Below, piece by piece: positions 11,830 to 25,667 of a stretch of 64,000 nucleotides of DNA. Made by a program: the position numbers and the translations under genes. How positions within the stretch are numbered: the first letter of the stretch is position 1; every line of letters begins with the position of its first letter. Under the pieces are notes generated by a model, which ran no database searches, was not told the origin of the DNA, and saw nothing but the letters and a program-made list of their open reading frames with translations. Source of the DNA: Selaginella moellendorffii (lineage: Eukaryota > Plantae > Lycopodiophyta); assembly GCF_000143415.4 (NCBI RefSeq), contig NW_003314320.1, positions 308,586 to 372,585 on the forward strand. Reading direction: 5' to 3'.

Positions 11830-14454
11830 ATGCCGAAAGCTTGTCTTGTTTAATTTTTCAATCATTTAGAAAATTCCTAAAGTTAGTTTAGATCGTTATA
11901 ATTTGAGCAGTGATCTTCCACTCATGTTTTTACGTTTTGGTTTTTGCAGGGAGCTGCTGAAGCTCTTTTTTGGGAGAGTCGCTTAAACATCATAGCAGCA
12001 TAAGTTGTATATATATTCCTAAGCTCTTAATATTTGCCACTTTTAAATGTAAAACATTACACTAAAAGTCAAAAACCTTGAAGCTTTTATACTACTATTT
12101 ACATTTTTTATTGTGGATATTTTAAGCCTTTACATTTATTTTTATTTCATTTTGTGAGGTCTAGGTAGATGCCATATAAAGTAGTGGGATTTGGGTTAAT
12201 CAAATATGCAATTTCTATATCTTATAAGGGGTAATTTTGATTTCCTTTTAAATTTATGATTTTGGTTTCAATCTAACTTTGCATCATTTAAATCTCTTTT
12301 AATCTTCTCTTTTACTTTTATTTCTTCTTTTCATTCATCTTTATGGCAAAGTAATATATTTTTCCTTTGGAGGAGCCTCTTCCTCTTTAACTTTAGAATA
12401 GCAATTAGTGCAATTGCTCAATATTATATGGTTGCAATTGAATAATTAAATTTAGTTAATGGCGATGTTTATGCAATGTAACTCTTTGTGCTTTTATTTT
12501 TAATCCTTGTGTTTATTGCCAATCTTTGTATCTAACCAAATTTCTTCAATAGGAGATGATATATATCATTAGTTCAATCACTTGATAGTGATTGCCACTT
12601 ATCATTTTGGAATAATTTCTAATATCTACATAAGTTTCTCACATATATCTTCAAGCCTTCTCCCAAATGTCTTATTTGGATATACTGACAATTATAGCAT
12701 AAACTTTCACTTTCAAAGTTATAGCATGATTTAAGGGTTATTATGCTTTTAAATTCATTATTAAAAATGCTAAAAAGTAGCAAGAGTTTCTATAAGAACT
12801 TACAAGAAAATTGGCAGAATTTTGGGTGGAGTCTTTTATTCTAGAGGATATAGCTAACTACAAAATTCTTATGAAGTTATTCACAAATTAGTTTGATCAT
12901 AGAAAGTCATCAATGGTGGTTGGGGCAACAAATCCCATAAGATTTTAATGAAGTGTTGGCCACAACATTTTCAATTTGATTTGATTTAGCTCCACACAAA
13001 ACAAAAGGCTCTAAAAGCAAACATTAAATTGTATTGATGGAGATTATGCAATTATTAGAAAGTATTGTCTCACAATATGAATCTGAAGTGTTTAAGCCAC
13101 ATATTACAAATATCTTTCTCAAACATTTGCTAAAATTGTAAACACTGCTTTTAGTGAGGTTGCCTGCTCCTTTCCAAGTTGCAATTGATACTTAAAATGT
13201 GTACAAACCTTATTAGAAGCATAAGAAAATCTAGAAAATATAAAATCAAACAAGAGATACACTCCAGCTTGAAACTCCTCACATCCTACATATGTAGAGA
13301 GAAAGATATAAAAAAAGTGGAGAAGATAAGTTTAGGGGATCACTCACTTTCTAAAGCTTTTTGTCATACTCAAAGATATGAGATCCAAGTGTACTTAAAG
13401 AAATGAAGGATTTATAATTTTCATTCACTTGTGCAAAGGAATATGATGCAGATATAGACAAGAAGGCATAATTGTGCCAACACCACCTTATGTTATATTT
13501 GGGGCAGATTAAAGCAACTTCTCTAAGGCTTGATATCATGGTGGGGGAATGTGTGCATTCTATGTTACAAGCGGCTCAGATCACAAAATAGAGTGAGATT
13601 AAATATGCAAGAACAGCCAAAAGAAGCTCTAAAGATGGACATAAAAGTTTTTTGCAAAAACTCTAAAAAATGGAAGATAAATAAGATGGAAGAAGGATTG
13701 TGAAGAAGAAAGAGAAAAAAATCAAAGAAAACTTACTAGAACTTATGAAAGACTTGACAATTTGAAATGCCATAAGTTGTGAAAGAAAGATGAGAACCAA
13801 ATATATTCAATGGCATCAAGTGAAGGTGACAAAGATCACTAGTGTGTGAAAGCTTATGAAACTATGCTATCCACCATGTGCTGATAGAAAAAAATCCAAA
13901 TCTCTTGAAATATTATTCCATCAATAAACCACTCCTCAGATGGCTCTCCACCAAATCTAAATCTAAATACTCACACAAGAAACTTTTCAAATTGATACAA
14001 GAATCTCAAACTTAAACTGTTAGAAGCAAGTCGTGAAGACAAAAGGAGTATAATAAAGAAAGACCTTTGCATTCACTCAATTCTCCACCAAATAAAGTGA
14101 TCTATGACTCATTGGAAAAATCACAGCAGATAAAAATAAGGAATATGTGAGCTGGGCTCCAAATATGTATGAGGAGGAGATCTTAAATAATTGAGCATCG
14201 TTTGTATGGATAAACATTTAACAATCCAACTTCCTAATTAAAATAAATCTTGCACATAAATAGAATATACATAAATATCAACTAAATATGTTAAGCTAGA
14301 AGATAAAATACAGTTAGTGGCCTTCGTTGCATTTTAAAGGCGGGCTATTTAAGCTTTACAAGGGCCAAAGTAAAACAATTTCTTATGCTAGTTTTAATTA
14401 AAGTGGAAAAGGAATAAAGATGAGACCATAGAACCCTAGAAAGTGGGTTTATGT

Positions 14455-16240
14455 ATGGTGAGAGCCAGGAGGCTTGTGCGTGCAACAATTCCCAGGCATG
14501 TTGTCGGTCTACCGTCGCCCGCAACTCCACATTCCCGACGCGTCGCCGTCCAGGTCTTGCGATTTTCTCATTTTTCTTTTCCTTCTTTCAATTTCTTTCC
14601 AGGCTCCAATCGATGGTGGTGAAGCATGTAATGTCTACATCGCTTCGGCGTCACGAATCTATCGCCTCAAGGTGTGATGTTTCCTGTGCTTCCGTTGCCA
14701 TTCATGTTTTTGGTTTCTAGGCCGACTTGCCGTGTTCTAGTGTCTTGGAAGGAAAAGAGGGCTTGCTCGTTCCCTCCGACTCTCGGGTGAGCTTTTCTTT
14801 TTCCTCTTTCATTTCTTAGCTTTGCCAGATTTTGGTTCTTAAGAGCTAGCTTTGCAGATTCTGGAAGCCGAGAAGCTAGAGCATTGTCCACATAGAGCTG
14901 AAGTTCAATGCATTGCACTGTGTGAGCTCGTAGATTTTATTTCCCTTTTGCTGAGATATGGTAGTTCTTTGCAGCCAATCCATCACAAGAGGCACTGCTA
15001 GCATCTGTTGATTCGTATGGCCATCTCATGGTCTCAAAGCTTTCTAAAGGTTGCAAGATTCCCAGAGTTTTGTGTGTCCTTCACGCATTAATTTCTTCGT
15101 TTCAAACTTTGAGAGGATTTTAGGAACATCCTACGCTGTATCTCCTCCTGATCCTGGAGCCGGCGAAGGCGGATGGGCCGGATGCGTCTTCTCTCCTCAT
15201 CAACCATCGCTGGTAAGAATTGATAAAAAAAAGAACCAAGATTTGATGTGAAGAACAATGCAGATAACTGTGGCACGAGGATTTGCCAAGAGCATCGACA
15301 TATATGACAGAGACGTACACGTACGCACCTTCCATACGTAAGTAGTAAAGTTTTCCAAGCTCCTCCTCACTTGCTTGAGTTTGTGTAATTTTCTTCCGTT
15401 TTTTCCTTCTTTTTCTTTTTTTTCTTTTTGTGAAGGCTTCAGTGTCCAACAGCGCTAACATTTCTTCATGGAGCTGCCCCATCTGTTTTAGCAATCAGTG
15501 AGGGTCCACAGGTAGTGAAAAAATATAGAGAAAAGAAGCACTTCTAAGGTTTATTTTTAATTTTTTTCCAGTTAAGTATTTGGGACTTGAGATGCGGGGA
15601 GCAAGGTGGATGTGTGCAGCGTTTCCTGGGTTCCTTCACAGGCGAGAGCTTATACTCTGTTTGTAGCTCTTGGGACAATCTCCTAGGGGCCGCTGGAGCT
15701 GATCGAGCAGTGACAATATTTGACACTCGAAGGTACGTTCTTTGTCCAGGCCAGAGTTTTCTTGCAAGGTTTGTTTTCTCTTTAGATGGATTCCAAGAGC
15801 GAGATGGGTGAATGCTCTCAAATACGAGGTCTGGCTCTTATAAATTCCTAGAGTTGTATGTAGTCTGAGATTGATTATCGAGGCTTTCAGGTAACAGGCA
15901 TCGCTTTTTCGGCCACGAAGCAAAGCTATGTGTTTGCTCATGGTCTCGATTACGAGGTAGCAACAGCTTGTTTGCTGGTTTTGGTAGTAAAATGTTTTGT
16001 TTTTTTTTTTTTGGCCTCGAGGTTGCTGGAGGCGAATGGAATGAAGACGATTTTGAAGGAACTATCAAGCGAAGCTTTGGCTTTCGTGGAGATTCACGCT
16101 GGCTTGGAATGGACAAGGTGATACACTTGAAAGTTTCGTCCACTCTCACAATCTTTTGTTTCTTCTAGTGTCTTGACAAAGATTTTCTGGCTGGATGGAG
16201 TGAAAATGGAAGCATTTTCATAGGAGATTTTGAGAATTAA
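14455..16240 (+). CDS. WD40-repeat-like conserved plant protein (multi-exon)
   Basis: Spliced frame reads MVRARRLVRATIPRHVVGLPSP.../HRAEVQCIAL/LLASVDSYGHL/GEGGWAG/LSIWDLRCGEQGGCVQR/WVNALKYE/GLDYEV/FGFRGDSRWLG/LAGWSENGSIFIGDFEN*. GT-AG introns are mostly 50-100 bp. Confidence 0.82.
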
Positions 16241-16509
16241 AATGTACTCTTTTTTCATCCTTTATGAATTTTACTTTAAAATTAATGCATTTCATCCTTG
16301 AAATAAACCATAAAATTTTACCCTCCTTTTTCGAGGCGAATTTTATAACAAGGAAGGTTACTTGTATTATGTTCATACTTGTACATTGTACTTATATATA
16401 TGTTTAGGATTGATATGGACTAAGCTATATCTAGAAATTATGAGTCTACGTGGACAATGCCACGCGTTTATGACGTGGCACTCCTGCTGATGACGTGGCT
16501 ATTTCTTTC

Positions 16510-16965
16510 CTATCTGGTCGTGGTTCCCAACTGATGGAGATCCTTCTCCATCTTTCTCAATCGATCCTTGATCATCACAAACTCGGCGCGCATCTTCTCC
16601 TCCAGCCCCTCGGAGCTTTCATCCAGCGGCACATCGCTGGGCGCGGGGCGACGCTTGGCCGGGGATGATCTCGCGGACGAGAACCCTACAAAAGCCTTCC
16701 TGCCGCCCGCGGGGGGGCTGGAATTCTCTCCCATTGCCGCCATAGCTGGATGCTGGAGCTTGTGGATGAGTTGCTTGATCCTCTCCACCTCCTTGAGATC
16801 GCTGGCTTTGCGCTGCCGCTGCGTGCCATAGACGTCCCACTCGCATTTTCCCGTGAGCACGCCCTTGCGGATTGGAGCTGGGGGAGATGTCGCGCTGCTG
16901 ATTCCATTGCCCCCAAACACCTTGGGCAGCCGCAGATTACTGCCCAGGGAAAATCCCGCCGGCAT
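16510..16965 (-). CDS. Hypothetical 151-aa intronless protein with C-terminal coiled coil
   Basis: GC-rich ATG-initiated ORF between two genes, with a heptad-like C-terminus (LEEKMRAEFVMIKDRLRKMEKDLHQL). No family recognised. Confidence 0.5.
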   Translation of the reverse strand: MPAGFSLGSNLRLPKVFGGNGISSATSPPAPIRKGVLTGKCEWDVYGTQRQRKASDLKEVERIKQLIHKLQHPAMAAMGENSSPPAGGRKAFVGFSSARSSPAKRRPAPSDVPLDESSEGLEEKMRAEFVMIKDRLRKMEKDLHQLGTTTR

Positions 16966-17155
16966 TTTGATCGATTAAATGCAGTAGAATGGACTAGGAT
17001 CGCTGGGCGCCCATCTCGAGCTCGCAAATGGGACTCTCTTTGGCGCGGAGAACACCAAAAGCCATGGGATTGCCAACGTGGCTGTCACTTTTGACACGTC
17101 ATCGTTTTGTACTTTCCACGTCTAGGGCTTGGGGCTAGTTTTTATTTTGGGCAAA

Positions 17156-19226
17156 ATGGCGGCAAGAGCTCTATTGCGGAGCTCCGGGCGGATCATCCTT
17201 GCGCGCTGCTCCGGGGTAGGCAAATGCTCCCACGATCTTGATTCCATCCATTTTTCTAGAATGCGCACAGGATTACACTGCGGGGCGGAGCTCATCGTGG
17301 TTTTGGATCAAGCGATCGAAATCTTGGTGTGTTTATTTCTTTTGCTACATGCTTTCTGCCGCGAGCTTTAGCGGGATCAGTAGCTGTTCTCGAGAAATTT
17401 CCACTCTACTGGTAATATCTTGCATTTGATCCATCGCGCATCGTTTAGTTTTCGGGATATGGCCACACGGAACTTATACGAAGTGCTTGGATTGGATTCG
17501 AGTGCTAGCACCGATCAAATCAAGAGGGCCTACTACTCGGTCGGTGCCATATTAATTTTTTTAAACTAGTTCTTCGATCTTTTTCCTTAAAAACTTGCAG
17601 CTAGCCAAGCAGTTCCATTCAGATTTGAATAAAGGAGACTCGGAGGCTTGGATTAAAGTTTCAGGAATTACAGTACGCTTATGAAGTAAGTGAGTGGTCT
17701 TTTGTTTCTTCGTTTTTGCAACGTTGCTTGAGTGTTTTGGTCAGATTCTCAAGGACAAGAAGAAGCGAGAAATGTATGACAAGGTATATCCACCAGCCGT
17801 ATTTTGGAGATGGTTTGAAAGCCTTTCCTCCAGATGGGAATGGGTGCTTTCAATGAGCGCGCTAGTAACTGTGCCGATTTTAGTTCGGCAATTCACGAGG
17901 TATTCAAATGCAAATCTCCGAGCATTGTGAAACACCTGACTTACAAAACAAGCACAGCTTATGAGAGCAATGTGGATGCAAAGTAGTCGAGCGGTGAAAG
18001 TAAGTATTTTCATGTTTCGGACTCACACTCATACGTGTTTTCCTTTTTGAAGATAACTCTGTCATTGAGCTTTCGAGAAGCTGCACATGGATGTCAAAAT
18101 CCTGTGTCTTTTTTGGCTTTAGTACGCTGTGGAATGTGCAGTATGGATGATTCCAAATATCTTGGTCTGTGGTTTTAATCTAACAGCTTTTAAGCTTGCA
18201 GATGGCAGTGGAATCCGAGCTGGTGCTAGGCAACAGCCCTGTTCCGAGTGTCGAGGCCTGGGAAAGGTTGAAATGGAGATTTCTAAAATCTAATCGTGAC
18301 GCTGCTCTGTGTGATAGAATGCCCGAAAGCAAGGCCCTTTTATAATTCGTGTGCCGTGCTCAGCTTTTGGGGGATCAGGTTCTCAGGTAGCATGGAAAGT
18401 TGCTATGTTGTTACTGATTTATTACTCTCTTTTTTGCAGAACTTCTGTAATGTTTGTTCTGGTGGAGGTGTTGTCAGGGAGACGAGAACACATGACATGA
18501 GAATTCCACCTGGTATGCTTTGGTTTGTGCATGACAATAGAAAACAACTCCTTTAGGTTTTTTTCCTTCACGATAACCAAACAGTAGACACCGGAATGCG
18601 AATAATTATGCGCAAAGGAGATCCGCTTGGGAGACTTATTGATCTTATACTTTTTTTGAAGGTTTGCCCGTTTGAAAGCATATCCAAGCAACTAATTTTG
18701 TTATGTAGGTCCTGGATGATCCGGTCTTTTGGAGAGAAAGAGAGGACGTCCACATGAACTTGGCGATCGACTTCACAGCGGTACAATTGTTGTCTCTCTT
18801 CAGTATCACTCAAACTCAAATGGTTGAACAGGCAATTCTCGGTGGCGAAGTGTCGGTACCAACACTATCCGGGAATGTTAACACAAAGGTTAGGATCAGA
18901 GCTTCTCAGATTTGACAATCTTTTTTGCAGATTCAACCTGGAACACAGTATGGCGAAGTCCTCGTTTTGAAAGGAAAAGGCTCGTGGTTTTCTTATCTAT
19001 TTATTTCGATATGATATATAAAAACTTATTCCAGGCATTCAGAGGTTCAACTCGGATGTCTCCGGGGATGAATACATCCACTGCCAAGTATAAATTCCAA
19101 AGTAAGTAAACTCCAACTTTCTACCGATCAACAATTCATCGCTGTGACGAAACTTCGCAGGAACATCACACCGACTCAACGCCATTTGCTTCAACAATTC
19201 GTGGACGAGGAAACTAAGCGCAAAAG
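17156..19226 (+). pseudogene. Type-A DnaJ (mitochondrial GFA2/DnaJ1-like), disrupted
   Basis: Transit-peptide-like start MAARALLRSSGR, J-domain (NLYEVLGL...IKRAYYSLAKQFHSD), CxxCxGxG repeats and C-terminal AILGGEVSVPTLSG/IQPGTQ. Lesions: HPD->HSD (17616-17624), 85-nt exon 17601-17685 (frameshift), CxxC->CSAF and an in-frame TAA at 19091-19093. Confidence 0.8.
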
Positions 19227-19281
19227 GTTAGTGTCGATTTCTTTTCTTTCGATCTATACAATGTCGACACCGGGGGAAGTG

Positions 19282-22200
19282 TCATCTGTTTTGGAAATTC
19301 AAGTGCTTGATCCCGAGGGCAAACACCGAGATGCACAGGATAACAATTCCAACGTGAGCCGCCGCCACAACGCCGAGAAAATCGTGGTGGAAGCCAAAGT
19401 AGTCCTCCAGGAAGCTCTTCACGGACTGCATGCCAACACCAGGCACCGCAATGAGCGTCTCCACGTCGCCCAGCTGCGATGTGAGGAGACCGTACAGAGA
19501 CCAGGCAATGGGATTCGCCCAGTAGTACCATCTCCACCACACTGGGATTTTCTGCAAGCAAGAGGATCGTCAAAGACATACATACAAATGGATGGAAGCA
19601 TTGATCCTTACCTTGTACGGAATGACCATGCCCGAGAAGAGGTTCCAGACGAGGTAAAAGGCGCTGGAGATGACGGCGGCGATCTGCTCGTTGGGCGTGA
19701 TAGCAACGGCCATCATTCCATAGAAGGTGAAGATGAGGAAGGAGAAGTAGACGAAGAAGAGGTTCCACATAAACTTGGCGGCCGTCCACTCGAGATTCAC
19801 CGCGGGGTAAGTAATGGCGACGTGTAGCACGGCTTGGAGGAATACGTGAGGAAGCTCAATAATCACCTGGAAGAGATAAAAGTTCCAAGGATTAAAACCA
19901 TGCAAGATGGTAAATATTGCTTAACCTGAGCAATCACGTATGAGAATGCCGAGTAGAGGCCAGCGGCTTTCTCGCGATAGTACACAACGCGCTCAATCTC
20001 TACAACCGATTGTACCGTGGATGCGTTGTTGAGACCAATGCCAAGGACACCAGCGTAGAAGAATCCCAAGAGATTGAGAATGTCCTGCTGGTTATTCCTG
20101 CGCAGTATAGAGATCTTCCATATCGGCAAAAGCTTTCTAGAGAAAAAGTAAAAGAAAAGGAAGGACGAGACAGACCTGTTGGATCCCAGTCGCCAGAACA
20201 TGCTACCAAAGAGCAGCGCGCATGCCAATGTGTAGAACAATCTCACGGCGCAGTACGTTGGATTGCGCCAGTACGACCACTGCTGCTTCCACAGGCACGC
20301 CACACACTGCTCCGTGAACGATCTGGCGAAAGTGCTCGAGAATTCGAGGTCACTGCTGCCTGGAGCCGGGGCTGAGAGCTCCTTTATCATCGCCTCGTTC
20401 CTCCTGAATGTGGAAAAAAGCTCACAACGTGAGAAGTCATATCATCAGAGAAAGTACGTACTGATAAAGAGAAGAATTCCTGTAGTGTTCGGCAAAATCC
20501 ACGCCTATCTGGCTCTCCACTGTCGCGGACGTTACTTCAAGCATCCATGTTGCTGGATTATAACCTTCTTTTATCCTTGGGACACCCTCAAGTGCCTGCA
20601 ATGTAATGTAAAGGGTTGAGTAACACTGAATGTGGATGAAAATGCTTACTTGGAAATAGTCTGTCAATTTTTGAGAATTCTGACCGAGGGGACCTGCGTA
20701 GATTATTCTTCCACCATATTTCATCAACAAAAGCTGCATTACGAAACATCCGGTTGGTCATTTAGAATTCCTGTGTTTTTCATGAAAAGAAACAACTTAC
20801 CTCGTCAAAAGCTTCGAATATGTCAATGCTTGGTTGATGGATTGTGCAGACGACTGTTCTGCCAGTGTTGACAGTATTTCTCACAGTGCGCATGACTATT
20901 GCCGCTGCCCGTGCATCCAGCCCTGTGGTAGGCTCGTCCATAAAAATAATTGAAGGGTTCGCAACCAGCTCCACTGCTATTGTCAGCCTTTTTCTTTGCT
21001 CGGTGGAAAGACCATCCACGCCAGGAAAGCCCACCAGTGCATCTTTCAGAGGAGTAAGTTCCACTAGTTCCATGACCTCTTCTAAGAACATCTGTCAGAG
21101 AAGCAAATTTTTTAGTCTACAAACAAAAACCAAGATATAAATTACCTCTCTGGTTTTTCTGTCAACCACTCGAGGCAGACGAAGCCAAGCAGAGAAAACC
21201 AGTGACTCGTACACGGTCACGTTGGGAGAATGAATGTCTGTCTGTTCGCAGTATCCAGCTACTCTTGCAAACGTTTCTTGCTTCTTCGTGTATCCAGATA
21301 TTCTGATATCACCTTCAATGTATCCACCAGTTTTCCTTCCAGCCAGGACATCCATCAATGTAGTTTTGCCAGCACCGCTGACTCCCACCAGTGCCGTAAG
21401 AACTCCCGGCCTGAATGAACCACTAACATCACGCAGTAGCTGTAACCTTTGCGTGTCTGCGTCTGGCTGCTTCATTGCCTGTTGTTCATTACGCGTTAAG
21501 AAATTCACGTATACAACAAGATAAACTCACCGATGGCAAATCGACGTAATAGTTCACATGATGGAAGGATAGAGCAAGAGGCTGAAACGGTAGCACCATT
21601 CCCCGCTTTGAGATTCCACCCGACTCAATATCCTCAGCATCCCGAATTGACATCTCAATGCCTGAAGCCAGAGCTTAATCAGAGACGAAACGGGTGGCAA
21701 ATAAATGACAACGAATTACCACGACTATGAGAGTAGCGGTTAGAGCTTTTTCCAGAGTACCGACGAGAAATGGTCGCATTCGTCGTTTCTTCTTCCAAAA
21801 CAGCTGCTTGAGGTTTTCCGGGAGCTGAATTTGACGCGGGTCAGCAAACTTTATAACAGAGATACAATTGCAAGTACCTCTCAGATAAGTCATGGCAAGA
21901 ACAAAGATCGCGTTTAGCAAGATCGAGAATCCAAATAGTGCCCCTATCCCGATCCATAGCCAGCTAGAACTGGAAAAGAGTCCACGGGCATGCAAAATTT
22001 CTGTTCCAATACTACCAGTAGAGTTCAGAACGGGCTGCATAAGTGAAATGGCATTTGTGAGATGTAGGGATGCAAACATTCTAGTACACGTACCTTTTGC
22101 CATCTTTCTGCTTCAAACTCGTTCACAGAGATAGCATTTTGGGCGTACATCATAGGTGAAGTCCAATAAGCCCACGTCCACCATGAAGGGATATTGTCTG

Positions 22201-25017
22201 TTCATAGGAAACAGTTAGTTTCCTTGTGAGCATGGCGACGTTGTTACCTCTAGATAGGACAAAGCCTCCCATCACAAAAATAATCAGCAAGGCAAATGAG
22301 CCAAATGTGTTTGCCACAACTCGGGTCCGTCCAAGGGCGGCTAGAGATCGAAAGAGTCCTCCTGACATTAGGTGAGCGAAGACAAGCACAATGAAGTGTT
22401 GCAATACCCTGGTTTCAAAATCCACACTCGTCGGTTGCTCATAGCTGACAAATATGCGTACCTTGTAGCTTCAGGAGCGAAACCGATAACCCAGTAACTT
22501 AGAAGCACCCATATGGCGGGTTCAATGACTGACAATGGTATCCTCAGTACTATGTAAGGAAGGGAATACGCCCAAGCAGGATAGAACATTAAGTCCCGTT
22601 GCTTGTAGAACACGGGAAGTCGTTCAACTGTCATCACAAGCTCCGCCAACCCGTTGAACATTACAGCGAGCACTCCAAAGAATAGAGCTCCCATGTAAAT
22701 ATTTGCATCACCGACGGTGCTATGATGCATTTTGGTGCGCAAAAACACAGTCATTGCTATGCATGCTGTTATTGCAAACTGTATAAAAAAAAAACCCACG
22801 TAAGATCTTGAGAAAAAAGCCCGAATGACAACAACTTGCCTGGACCGTCTTGAAAATGTACACGAAACTATTGCGCTTCATCAGCAATGCTTCTCGTGAC
22901 AGGCAGGCTCTTAGCAACTCCCAGTTGCTCAGCGCGTGATTATAGGTGACTAGTGCACCCGGATGACTGCTAGACTTGTCGAATGGAACTGCAAGGTCTT
23001 GGGAAAGCTGATGGCCAACGCTGAACTTCGAAAATGCCTCCGCGAATTCATCGACAGAAACGTATTGATATGGTTGAGTCCTGTCTGCCCAGTATTGTTG
23101 TTGATCTTTCAATGATGTTACCTGGAAAAAAAAGACCACATTAGCGGGAGTCAAAGCCATATATATATTAAATGGTACCTCCTGGAGAAAATCCGCAACA
23201 CCCTTTCGTTGTGGACACTTGAATCCCATCATAGCAAAGAAGTCTAAAACTCTTTCACGAGGACCCTGGTACACTATCCTACCTTCGGACAGCAGAATAA
23301 CATCGTCAAAGAGCTCAAACGTTTCCGGTGCAGGTTGAAGAAGGGAGACAAGCATGGTAGCATCCATGAGATGAACAGTCTGCCTTAAGCATTTAACAAT
23401 CTGGAAAGTTGTTGAACTGTCCAGCCCGGTGGATATCTCATCCATGAAAAGAGCTCTAGCAGGTCCAACCAACATTTCTCCTGTGCAGGAAGATAAAAAG
23501 TTTCGTTAGGCCAGAGTCATCTTCCCAGTGAAAATGTACCAGTTGTGAGTCTCTTTTTCTGGCCCCCTGAGATACCCCTTCGCATATTGTCCCCGACCAT
23601 AGCGTCCGCACAAAGGTCCAACGCAAGGATCTACACTTAAAAACATACTCGAACTTGGTAAATTTTTAAAGCAAGTAGGTCGTAAAAAACATTTACCTTG
23701 AGAACGTAGTCTGTCACAATATTCGTCTCTTGTCCTTCAACTACAGTTGCCTGTCAAATACGAAGCTGAGTTTAGGCTCCATGGATTTTTTTATTGCTTC
23801 TTGGCAAACCGACCAATACTCACCTTAAGAAAAGCGTCCAATTCGGCGTCGGGCTTTACGCGCATCATAAGTTCCCGTCTCGAGAGCTCCGACAGCATCT
23901 CTGTTAAAGCAGAAGGTTATGAAAATAGAAAACTAAAAAGAAAAGACGACACAGAAAAAGAAACAATACGCACCGTATCTGGTACCCACTCCTTGACAGC
24001 GCCCAGAGAAATCAAGCGTCTCTCTAACTGTCATCTCGGCAGTATGTAAATCATGCTGGCTGATATAAGCTGATGTCTTGTGCGGTACAAATTCGGTCAT
24101 GTCATGCCCATTGTATGTCACCTTACCACGAACCTACAAGAAACATAGTGCCTTTGAAGCACACGAACTCGCTGGATCGTTATTACCTTCAAGGATGGAT
24201 CAAGCCTTCCGGCAAGCGCCAGCAGCAGACTCGTCTTTCCCGAACTAGGTGGACCCAGAAGCAGTGTCATCCTGAAAGGACCGTAAGTTCACTCGTTCTA
24301 GATCTCCGAGAGAAGATATAGAAAAAGAAAAGAACCTGCTGGGCTTAATGACGCCACTAACATCCCGCAAAATGTGAAGCTGCTTCTTCTTGGAGAATGA
24401 AAGGTTGAGAATTTGTAAGATGCTCTACAAGGAAATTTGGAACCAGTGAAGATAATTCGAGCATACATAGGATTCACGACTTACCTCAATTGCGTCGATC
24501 GTGAAATTGTAGAGCGTGGGAAGAGCTCTTCGTCCTATGTGCACCGAGGCTTCCAGGCTCAAGTTTTCAAACCTCACTTCAATTCTTGGCAATTGGATCC
24601 CGACCCTGTGATAGGAAAAATTAATCGCAAAGCCTCGGACAGGGAAAAGAAAAGAACGCAGAGCAATCGCACTTACAAATCGATTCGCTCTCGCAGCTTG
24701 CGCAGCATTCGCTCGTTATCGCGCTCCGCGACCCTGAAAATCCGCTGCACAAGAATGCGCCTTTCCTGCCCCTGGAGCCGAGTGACATCGATCTCATTGT
24801 GCTTGAACTTGCCGGCCTCGTCGTCGTCGGCGGGGCTGGGCAGCAGCGCCGTGCGCATGCGATTGTAAGTCGGCAGCTTCTCCAGCGACGCCCATTTGAA
24901 TGCGTCCTCCTCATCGTACTCCCTGCCGGACTCGATCGAGAAGACGCTGCTGCCGCGGCTCATCGATCGCAAGCTGGAGCCCTTGACAAGAAATATCGAC
25001 CCCGCCGAAGAATCCAT
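19282..25017 (-). CDS. Full-size ABCG / pleiotropic drug resistance (PDR) transporter (multi-exon)
   Basis: N-terminal [18 protein letters not shown]; NBD1 [21 protein letters not shown] and [14 protein letters not shown]; NBD2 [61 protein letters not shown]; ends LNFQNR*. Confidence 0.97.
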
Positions 25018-25667
25018 GGCGATCCGCGCAAGAACTGGCGCTGAATCAGACCTAATCGAGCAGACGCGGCGCCGGCAAGCGATTCAGCTGATCAAGAATC
25101 ATCAAGAACCAGGGCGGCGATCGTCTCGACGAGCCCAAAATATTTTGCCCTGTTCTTTCCAGAGGCAAGGATATATAAGGCCCATAACAACACGGAGGGA
25201 GGGAATGTGTGTGGAGGGTTTTTGAAAGCCAATGGCCGGTAAGCCGCATCTTTCACGTGTAAGGAGTACTCTTACGAGCCGACAATCGATCCGACGGCTG
25301 CCCGTCCACGATAGAAATGCCGAGCTGGCATCCGAGGTGGAGCCCGTCCTAAATGCAAACTCTCTTCGTCAATGCCCGGACAAGCGATCACCTAATAGTC
25401 GTTCGCCACGTCGGATGGGCAGGTTTTGACTTCCCTGGAAAAGTGGGCTTCTGTCTGAAATTTCTAAACAAACAAAACCAACTCCCATGCGTTGGCACCG
25501 GCACTTGGACACGCTTTGGACTTTTTGTTGACTATACTTGAAATTGACTACTTATAGTCAGCGTCAAGGGACCATGAAGGATACACACCAGAGAATGTAA
25601 ATATTTGATCTCACAGATATTGCTTACACGGCCTCATAGCACCCACAATAAAGCATAAGGATTGATA

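Noticed and set aside
19144-19827. 227-aa + strand ORF
   Set aside because: Last DnaJ exon reading through into the antisense of ABCG terminal exons.
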